A DNA stretch of 54,870 bases, taken from Corallochytrium limacisporum Hawaii. Taxonomy: Eukaryota; Protista; Pluriformea. Below are positions 43,769 through 52,975 of the stretch, piece by piece. The DNA is taken from NCBI GenBank assembly GCA_002811645.1, contig PDIP01000262.1:1-54870 (forward strand). Reading direction: 5' to 3'. The notes below the pieces were generated by a model. That model was not told the origin of the DNA. It did not search any database and saw only the letters and a list, made by a program, of their open reading frames with translations. A program made the translations under genes and the position numbers. Position 1 is the first letter of the stretch; each line of letters starts with the position of its first letter.

Positions 43769-46247
43769 ATCTCCCCCTTTGTACCCTTCGTTTAGAATGC
43801 TTCCCTTCTCAATGGTGTGTGTCTCTTATACCATTGATGACTAATCGCGTTGGAATGGGTCTGCTGTCGAATCGCCACGTCTTAGGCGGACTGGCGTAGG
43901 CGTCCCGACGATACACAGCCACGGCTCTCGTAGAAAAACTGGCAAGAATGTTTACGGGGCCTTACTACGTACCGGGACGCAGCTTAAAAAACAAGTATGG
44001 TCTCCCGGTAGTAACACAACGAAGGCTTCAAGGCCCGGCTATGTTACCTTTTTCCGGCGCGCAGAGGCCTCTTCCTGGTGGCGGCCCGGGCAGTAAGCAG
44101 TATACTTCCCAAACCCGTTCGTTCTTGGTTGTTCCTCTGTTTCTTCGCTTTGGGTGCGCTGCACTGGGTGCGTGTGAGTCAGCGCGCGTGCATACGGCGG
44201 GGACTTTATTACACCGCCCCTGCTAGCGGCCCCCCACCCTTCCCACCTGTCCATCCGAATCCCGGTATGTTCAATACAGGCATTCGCTTTGTGCCCAAGT
44301 CATCCCGGCCTCGTTTTCCTTCCGTCACGATTTGCACTCTTCGATTCGCATGGGACCTCGGACCCGTCCGTATCTTTGACTGTGACATGTACGCCCGGGG
44401 CGTGTTTCTTTGGCCTGGTTCAATGAACCTGCTCCAGTCAGCGTCGGACATGAATACAGTCGACCGTCCACTCGCAGTTCTCAGTACCACAGTCCAGGCC
44501 TCATGCCCACGTGGCCGTGGCCCGATGCCCAAAACCTCAGGGAACATGTTTCTTCTCATGTTTCTTCTTATGTCTCCGTTGTCTGAACATTCCGCCAATT
44601 CGGCCCCCATTGCACGTCTGAAATATGTTTGACGGGTAACCCTCTGCCTGTATGAAATTATCAGCAAGGAAACCCCAAATTACTCATGAATCAAGATTCT
44701 ACTCAGCTGCTGGCCTAGCAAAAAAATTGTACCCCGAATTTGTTCGGTTGAACCATGATTGTGTTGGGCCAGGTGCAAAGGGCGGATGTGTCAATGTGTT
44801 TCCATGCTCAGTGGACTTTGCTTCCTGTGTCCATGACGTACTCTGTACAATGATCTTGGATCCTACCGGTGACCAGCGTACATGCGTAACCTCCAGTCCG
44901 CGGGTTTGCTGGCGGGCTGGAACTTCATCGACACTACCGTTGCTCAACTGTCAGTTACCGACTCTTCTTGGATCGGACACTGAAGTCAGATCACGGCGAC
45001 TAGCTCAACACAGCTCATAGACAATTGTGCTCATAACTGGGGTGACTACAAACCAATGATGTAATCGGCTTGGTCCAAAGTAGACAACTTTGCATCGCGC
45101 TCAGAAATGGGGCGTTCGGTCTGCCGAAACTTAGGTCCATGAGCCGACCATGGCCTGTGCGGAACTTGAAATGACCACGCAGGCGGGGCATGGGTATTGA
45201 TCGTGACAGAGCTTCTGTAGTTTTATCCGCAAAGTACCGGCATTTGACAGTATTCTGGATAGTCTATGCTTTTCGAGGGCGCTAAAGTGATAGGGAGTGA
45301 CCAGCATCCTAGATCCAGTTCATACACGGATAAGTAGGAACTGTTTGAACCTGCGCGACATTTTCATAACAACGAAAACCAAGACAGTTGAAAAGAGGTG
45401 ATAAGTGTGCTGGCAACGGATGATCACCGTGAACTTTCGAACGAAAAGATGGGTAGCGAGATATCAATAGACGTCTTGTGACATATCTACCGCGGCCATC
45501 TACATGCAGCCAAAGATCACATGCAAAGAAATCTGCAGACACGGAGATGTATCCTCTCTTGTGGATGTTTTGGCGGGTCTTATTCCCGGTAGGATCCAAG
45601 GAAGAGAGTCATCAGATGTCCAACGAGGTCCGTGGAACTGTCACTCGGACCATAACTGCGGATCATTAGTAAGGGCTTTAGAAGGTAATCGGGAGGCCCT
45701 GGTCATGGCGAACGAGCGACTGGCACTATCGCCACAGATTGAGGATCTATTGATGATTTTAGTTACCACAGTTTTGCCTAAACAAACATAGGACAAAGAC
45801 GGGTTTGGTTACATCCCGACGGGCCTGTAATATTGTTCGTACTTAGTCACAGTAAAGCTGCGGACCGATGATCACAATCGTAATCCCAAGAATTCACAGA
45901 AACCTATCCGTAACAAGGAGCAAAAGGGGAGATAAATCGGCTAAAGAATTTGCGAACAACTGCTGTCAGTACCTAGTTGCGTTATCGTCAGTTTGGCGGG
46001 ACCGAAAGATCGTGCATCGCCCGGCCTGTTGAAGAGTCCTCGAGTGCCCGTTGTAATCTAGCCTTGAATCTCCTGAGAGGTTTCTCTCCCTGCTGGAGCT
46101 TGGTAGCAGGGCTGGCCGGGATCAAGCGGTGAGGCAGGGGGGCGGATAGGGCTTCCCTTGGACCCTCCCGCATAGGGGAACGAACTACACGCGGACGGGA
46201 CTGCCCAAGTAACGCCTTCCCGTCGGTGCATACCTTAGTTCAATCAT

Positions 46248-46337
46248 CACAGCTCGTCACTATTTTTCGTCGCTGCACACAACTCGTCACTAGTTTTCGT
46301 CACTGCACACAACTCGTTACTAGTTTTCGTCACCGCG
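46248..46337. repeat. 30-bp tandem repeat x3, rich in TCGTCAC cores
   Basis: Consensus cacaactcgtcactagttttcgtcactgca. Units start at 46248, 46278 and 46308. Confidence 0.92.
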
Positions 46338-47315
46338 ATGTGGCTTCCATCGGCACCCATCTTGGTGTCAATAGATTGATTTTTCCCTTCCAGCATGGCC
46401 CAGCCTCGCGGAGGAAAAGGGGAAAAAAAAAGCCAGTGCCAAAGATTAGATGAAGCAGAGTAGACACAGTAGAAAATGTATGGCCCTGACATAGCTATGG
46501 GAGCGGCATTCGCCAGAAAAGCGATGGAATGCGGGCCTGGTGCGGGGATGTCCATTTCGCGAGCGCAAAAAAAAAATGAACGGCCAGGGTGGAAAGGGGG
46601 GGGGGGGAGGGGGAAGAGGGGAATACGAACGGGACTGGCGTATTGCTCCATCAATTGACGGGACTGCTCGAATTGATAGATGGTAGTTTCACAATAAGTT
46701 TTAGGGTTTGGCCAAGTGGACGCGACCTTACCAGCGGAAGGGTAAGTCGACAAAGGGGTGACTAGTTGACGATGGCACTTGAATAGTTTCCCGATGTATT
46801 TCTGTCACAACTGATACAGCACTTCATTAACGCAGTCAATCGAAAATGAACTAACGATTGATCCGGTATTACTGTTCATCGTTGCCGTGGTATCCGGACG
46901 AGTAAACACCGGTCTAGCACAAAGCAGGGGGTCCCTCTTTCGCACCGGTCGTAACTTCCTGCTGGGCCTATGAAAGCTCAGGGACTAGTCCAGAAACCTA
47001 CACGTTTGCCCTTTTATTAGTTCCATCCCTAGTCTTGGATACATGGATATAGTGCTACATGTATGATGTCGTGCGAAATTTTTCGGTGCCTCACGGCATG
47101 CGATGGACGACGAAGAATGTGTTTTTGCTAAGAACTGCTACCAAAAGAGTGACAGTTAATGATGCTACCGGTGGTGCTTTGTAAGAAGTCTTCAGTTATC
47201 ACAGCATGTCGAGAATTGACCGCACCAAAATAATCAAGGATGGATCTGTAGACTGTAGGCCACTAAGGGGAGTGACTGCACATGTTCTTTCGTGGCAGGC
47301 AGGGAGCGCCTTCGT

Positions 47316-47363
47316 GTGTCTTCTAAAACCCTAAGACCAGGTGGTGGGTCATGCTGCCCACAG
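47316..47363 (+). promoter_or_regulatory. Conserved distal non-coding element, paralogous to 51326-51374
   Basis: cctaaga..caggtggtgggtca(t/c)gctgcccacag is shared about 0.9 kb upstream of both Gly-rich genes. Confidence 0.6.
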
Positions 47364-48091
47364 TGTCGACCCTATCGTAGTTCGTATACCAAACCATAAT
47401 TTGACTATAGAGGGCAATAAAGGACTTACGATTTCTTTCTTCACCGTAGATACCATAGCAGGTGCGACTAGTCGACTTTGAACTTATAGCGGACCGCCGA
47501 TTAAGCCAGAACACCTCATTAATCGAGCGAAAATGATAATACAAGCTGGACAAGATAGCACAGGACTGTTTGCTTAGAACACAGCACTACTTCCGAATGT
47601 ATTGGTGGCGACTTAACTCGTGCAGTTTTCAATCGCTGGCTATAGCCATGCAATGAAGGCATTTGACTGGTGGTCAAGAAATCACGGCACCACACCACCT
47701 GACACCGACTGAGATTTCCACTCCACCGGTCAGTTCATTCCTTTTCTGGCGTCTAAGTAGTTTGCAGGAACCGCTCCATCTTAGGCGGAACTACACACTG
47801 GTCTCGGAGAAATCCTTGGGCACTAATTAGAAAGATAGATGAGCGGAAATCATGACAATATCGAGTGTTTGTGCCTCCCTATATTTACTCGGGCATTTTA
47901 GGACGCTGCGATGGTGAAGCGAGATGTATTGCTCGTCAACACTCCCGCTGGACCCTCTTGAGGGGAAAGGATCAGTTTCGGACATTCCCTTTACTGGATC
48001 GTTTTAAAGCAAAACCAGACCTGTCAGCTAAAGAAACTGAACACTGAAGTGTTGAAGGCACATAGCCGGCGACTATTCCTTCAATTCCTTA

Positions 48092-48160
48092 ATTGATGCC
48101 ACTGCAGATGGATCTGCAGTAGTAAGGTATTTAAGGAGTCCAGATCCGATCCAACAGAGC
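48092..48160 (+). promoter_or_regulatory. Core promoter of Gly/Ala-rich gene A: palindrome, GGTATTTAAG and CAGATCCGATCCA
   Basis: Homologous to 52111-52160. TATA-like box at 48126-48135 and a perfect inverted repeat at 48101-48120. Confidence 0.7.
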
Positions 48161-48230
48161 AAAACAGATATGAAGGCCACCAAGAACAAGCACGTCCTAG
48201 ATTTTAAATAATCGTGAATCATAAACCACC

Positions 48231-49132
48231 ATGAAGTTCATTTTTGCCTCCATTGCAACTGCTGCCATTCTTGGCACATCTAGCATGGCCGCTCCGGCTC
48301 CCCCTGCCGCTGTCAGCGCTCCTGCTGCCGTTGGCGTTGTGAATGCTCCTGCCGCTCCGGGTGTCGCCTCTGTTAGCGGTTTCGGTGCCCCTGGTGCCGC
48401 TGGTGCTGCTGGTCTTGGAGGTGTCGGTGCCCCTGGTGCTGGTGCTGCTGGTCTTGGAGGTGTCGGAACCCCTGGTGCCGCTGGTGCTGCTGGTCTTGGA
48501 GGTTTCGGTGCCCCTGTTGCCCCTAGCGTTGCTCGTCGCGAAGCTGTTGGTGCCGCTGGTGCCCCCGCACCTGGTGTCGCTGGTGCCGTTGGTGCCCCTG
48601 GTGTTGAAGGTGGTCTTGGAGGTTTCGGTGCCCCTGTCGCCGGTCCCGGAGTCGCCTCCGTTAGCGGTTTCGGTGCCCCTGGTGCCGCCGGTCCCGCCGG
48701 TCCCGGTGTCGCCTCCGTAAGCGGTTTCGGTGCCGCTGGTGCTGCTGGTCTTGGAGGTTTCGGTGCCCCTGTTGCCCCTAGCGTTGCTCGTCGCGAAGCT
48801 GTTNNNNNNNNNNNNNNNNNNNNNNNNNNNNNNNNNNNNNNNNNNNNNNNNNNNNNNNNNNNNNNNNNNNNNNNNNNNNNNNNNNNNNNNNNNNNNNNNN
48901 NNNNNNNNNNNNNGGTGCCGCCGGTCCCGCCGGTCCCGGAGTCGCCTCCGTAAGCGGTTTCGGTGCCCCTGGTGCCGCTGGTGCTGCTGGTCTTGGAGGT
49001 GTCGGTGCCCCTGGTGCTGCTGCTGGTCTTGGAGGTGTCGGTGCCCCTGGTGCTGCTGCTGCTGGTCTTGGAGGTTTCGGTGCCCCTGGTGCCCCTAGTG
49101 CCCGTGGCGTCGCGGTTCAGGTTCAGGAATGA
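48231..49132 (+). CDS. Secreted Gly/Ala/Pro-rich repeat precursor A with RR-EA sites (spans N gap)
   Basis: Signal MKFIFASIATAAILGTSSMA-AP. Repeats of GAAGAAGLGG(V/F)GAP and VASVSGFGAP, and PSVARREAV twice. After the gap, the frame starting at 48914 continues the same repeats and ends ...PSARGVAVQVQE with TGA at 49130-49132 (not shown in the ORF track). Confidence 0.85.
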
Positions 49133-51325
49133 GCGCGATCAACCCCTAATGCGATCCACTTATGGCCTAAAGGATACGGCCCTGGAATGTTTACCACCTG
49201 GTGCCCTCGACACCCCGTCTAGACGTCCCCTTCACCCACCCATTTCAGGATTCGATTGTGCACTTGCGTCTGTATTGCTACTGAACACTACTACTTGATA
49301 TGGACTAATGCTCTCTCTTGTTTCCGAGGAGATGTGAAAATGTACTTACGTGGATCCCCAATAAAAAAAGATTTAGTTTCTAGTTTCTCACCTACAAGAC
49401 ATGACTTCAACATGTACAACAGCCACCTGATCCATGAGTTCTCATCCGACCGTGTCCGACGTTTAGCGACTTAACTGCAAGACACGTTGGTAACATACTT
49501 CTGCGTTAAGCTCAAGAGAAAAGGATCCGAATGCTCGATCCTCAGATGCATCCATCCAGCAGTACTGTATTCCGGACCAGACACACGTACCCAAGCGCGG
49601 CCCCACCGACTCTCGTACACTACCTCAGAGACGCCAGTACATATGGGCCCACGGTGTTTATGGTACAAGTCTCAAAGTGAGCGGTCCCCGTGATGCCGCC
49701 GTCGAACACCACGGGTTGACACCTGTGAAACAGGAAGGCGGCGATAAAGGCAAGTTTTGTAATCAGTGATGGCACCTACCCACTAATTCAGTCACTGCGG
49801 CCCTCAAAAGGATGTTCTATTAAAATCTCCGAGTGAACAGATAGTTGGTGACCGGGCATTAGTTGCTCGTAATCACCAAAGCGAAACAAAAAGTTGAAGT
49901 CCAAATCGTTTCTATTTCTCCTGTGGCGGAACTCCTAGGGAATCTTCGAAGGATACCGAAAACCCAGACCCATTCGGACCTTGGTGTTCGCGATTCTCGC
50001 AACCGATAGTGATCATTGATTCAACATTCGTGAAAATTCTTGGAAGCAAGAAACAAACGCAGAAAACTGTGAAACAAAGCCGCCAATACTAGAGTACTGG
50101 AGATGCGGTTGGTCAGTGCACCTCCATCTCTGCACACGTTAACGATCTTCGGAGGGCTGCAACTAGCAGTGGTGCATTCCTGCGCTACCTTTCATCATAC
50201 TGAGCTTCGTAAAATCGTGTAGACATGGACCACAATGCAATTGGCAAAGCAAGGTGAGAAATCTGGTCGGACCTACCATCTTCTCTGCGTAGACAAACGC
50301 ATCCGGAGCCGCCCTACAGCCACCAACTCCCATCTGCCACTCCCTGTCCCCCCCCCCCCCGGGGGGGCCCGGGGGAGGGAATATACACCCGCAGGAACCG
50401 CGAGCCTTTTGTTTTATTGCAATTTCGTAATTCTCAAGTTTCTTGGGCCGGGGTCCCCGCAAATACGCACCAACCAAGAGCCATACGACCAAAGACAAGG
50501 AGAAGGGGACAAGGACGTGGTGGCTGGTACAATGGGGAAATGATGTATTGAAAAATTTACACAAGCTCTGGGGAACTCGGAATTCGCTAGAAGAGCGAGG
50601 AATTTCCGGTTCTGACGCAGGGAGGAGATGGCTAGGTACACCCTCTGACGGGCACCATCAACGTAAGACGGGACTGCTCCAACTTATAGATGGAATTGCA
50701 AAGTAATGATGCCGATGACGGAAAGTGAAAAGCGACCCGTCTGTGTTGAACTTCATCGACAAACTAGCGTGGTGTGCCCTTTTGGCGTTGACAAGTTACA
50801 CAAAGGCCAGTGTCCAGAATGGACTGTGTCCAAAGCCAATTTGCATGAACGTATGGAAGTCCCGGATTCTATATTCATCGTTGCCAGGGCATACGGACGA
50901 GTTCCTCTGCCCACTGCATTGGGTGTGCGAACGATTGGCTCGGGTCTTGTATTCAGCTCGATCTTGCTGATCCCGTACCAAGACCAAGCAAGAAAAGATA
51001 ACTCTCCACTCCGCTTTTCGTTGGAGAATGTTTGATTCAGTCCTGGTTCGATATTGGCTGCAGTGGCACGACTGGCGATTTTCAGGTGAGGGCCATGTTG
51101 GCCTCGGGGAATAACCATCGATCAGAGGTGCTGGACAGGAACTCCAAAATTGTAGATTTGTTACTGTGAATGCTGCGGTTGCTTCCGGTGGTGCAAACCT
51201 TAGGTACTCAGAAACGCAACCATGGGTCGTGAACTTAGCGATACTAAGGGTTGATCACAAGATTGTCCGACAAAAATAGGGGCGACACGCGCGTCTTAAC
51301 ATTACGCGGTAGCACGGGTCGTTAC

Positions 51326-51374
51326 GTATCTTCTTGAACACCTAAGAGGCAGGTGGTGGGTCACGCTGCCCACA
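51326..51374 (+). promoter_or_regulatory. Conserved distal non-coding element, paralogous to 47316-47363
   Basis: Same motif as at 47316, offset about 4010 bp, similar to the gene offset. Confidence 0.6.
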
Positions 51375-52110
51375 GGTACTGTGAAGTAAAATATTATGTG
51401 GTAGAGTGCAAATAGTAAGGTAGATCGACTTACGGTGATCAAATGAAGTATGGCGTCTTCAAATGTCTTCAGATATTACCAAAAATCTAAAAGTAGACAA
51501 GGTGATTGGTCCGCTTCGATTGCCCTGCGACTTTGTTGATTACCCGGAGTGAAGATTACGCTAGAACTCAGTGAGTAACATTTGAAATGACATGATCGCG
51601 GCAACATAGTACAACACTCCCAGGAAGTGTCCAACTGCGCGTCTACGTGCAAGCTTTTTGCTCTGCGCCAACATGGTCGCTAGCCATGCACATGCTCTGA
51701 AGTTCCAGACAGATGACCACGGCGTCTCAAAAGAACACGTTGGAGTCGAACTCGTGCGCTGAGGACTTCTGTTGTATCGACCATCATACTCATCAGTCAT
51801 CAAACACTAGGCAATTTCATGAAAATGCCCGTATTAGGCAGAAACTTGCAAATGTCCCCAAGAGGTTGTGCTGCCGCAATGTAGAAAGACACGGCAGACT
51901 AATTTAACTTTGTTTGACAACTTGAGACCTCCTTCGGACAGTGGTTGCGTGTAGTCAAATACAAGCTTCCTCAATAGTCTCGCCGGCACCGTTTTATGGT
52001 GTGGAAAGGATTCCTATTCAGACTCCATCCAGTTTATCAAGCGAGACACATGGTATCGTGTGGTTTGTGTCCACTCCATCATTCGACCCAACAGATTACG
52101 GGGTTACCAC

Positions 52111-52160
52111 ATTGATGCACTGCACGGGTATTTAAGAGCGTACAGATCCGATCCACAGAG
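52111..52160 (+). promoter_or_regulatory. Core promoter of Gly/Ala-rich gene B
   Basis: attgatgcactgca, GGTATTTAAG (52127-52136) and cagatccgatcca, homologous to the gene A promoter. Confidence 0.7.
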
Positions 52161-52261
52161 AACCACAGAGAAGATCAACAGAATCTTGCATAGCAAACTA
52201 AAGAATTGCAGTCGATAGGACAAAGTCTTCCTAGACTACCTTCAATCCTAAACAAACAACC

Positions 52262-52975
52262 ATGAAGTTCAGTATCGCGACTATGGCTGCTGTGGCCATC
52301 CTCGGTACCTCTACCTTGGCCGCTCCAGTCCTTACTGCTCTCGATGCTCCCGTAGCATCTGAGGGTGGAGCTCCCGGATCTGTCGTTGGCCAGGCAGCCT
52401 CTCTCGGAGGTGTCGGTCAGGCGGCGGCTCCCGGAGGTGTTGGTTACGGTCAGGCTGATGTAGATGTCCCAGTCAACGTTGCCGCTGCCCCAGTCGCCCA
52501 GGCTAGTGCTGGTCAGGGCAGCGTTAGTCAGGCTGCCCGCCGGTCTGTTGTTGGGGAGCCTGAACGCCCACCTCCCGGAGGTGTCGGTCAGGCAGCGGCT
52601 CCCGGAGGTGTCGGTCAGGCAGCGGCTCTCGGAGGTGTCGGTCAGGCAGCGGCTCTCGGAGGTGTCGGTCAGGCAGCGGCTCCCGGAGGTGTCGGTCAGG
52701 CTGATGTAAATGTCGGAGGTGTCGGTTACGGTCAGGGCAGCGTTGGTCAGGCTGCCCGCCGGTCTGTTGTTGGGGAGCCTGAACTCCCACCTCCCGGAGG
52801 TGTCGGTTACGGTCAGGCTGATGTACATCCTGGAGGTGTCGGTTACGGGCAGGCTGATGTGGAAGTCCCTGTCAACGTTGCCACTGCCCCGGTCGGCCAG
52901 GCCAGTGATGGTCAGGCTTGTGCTGGTCAGGCTGGCCGCCGGTCTGTTGGTCAGCCTGAGACCTGTTGCTGTTGA
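52262..52975 (+). CDS. Secreted Gly/Ala/Val/Gln-rich repeat precursor B with RR-SV sites
   Basis: Signal MKFSIATMAAVAILGTSTLA-AP is paralogous to gene A. Repeats of GGVGQAAAP and GGVGYGQADV, QAARRSVVGEPE twice plus QAGRRSVGQPE, ending ETCCC. Confidence 0.88.
   Translation: MKFSIATMAAVAILGTSTLAAPVLTALDAPVASEGGAPGSVVGQAASLGGVGQAAAPGGVGYGQADVDVPVNVAAAPVAQASAGQGSVSQAARRSVVGEPERPPPGGVGQAAAPGGVGQAAALGGVGQAAALGGVGQAAAPGGVGQADVNVGGVGYGQGSVGQAARRSVVGEPELPPPGGVGYGQADVHPGGVGYGQADVEVPVNVATAPVGQASDGQACAGQAGRRSVGQPETCCC
52574..52701 (+). repeat. 27-bp coding tandem repeat, about 4.7 copies ((P/L)GGVGQAAA)
   Basis: Units of c(c/t)cggaggtgtcggtcaggcagcggct. Confidence 0.93.

Noticed and set aside
44078-45020. 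Overlapping 120-185 aa ORFs on both strands
   Set aside because: No domain motifs or upstream box were seen, so they cannot be supported as genes.
46248-46337. 30-bp repeats as a CRISPR array or a coding repeat (ORF 46247..46753)
   Set aside because: There are no spacers, and the ORF runs through a homopolymer-noise block with no protein-like composition.
48343-49298. Leu/Val-rich and Cys/Trp/Arg-rich ORFs (48343..48720, 48730..49098, 48963..49298)
   Set aside because: These are alternative frames of the Gly/Ala repeat gene.
52175-52828. Antisense repeat ORF (LTDTSGSRC)n and other overlapping frames
   Set aside because: These are shadows of gene B, which has the signal peptide, Kozak context and promoter.
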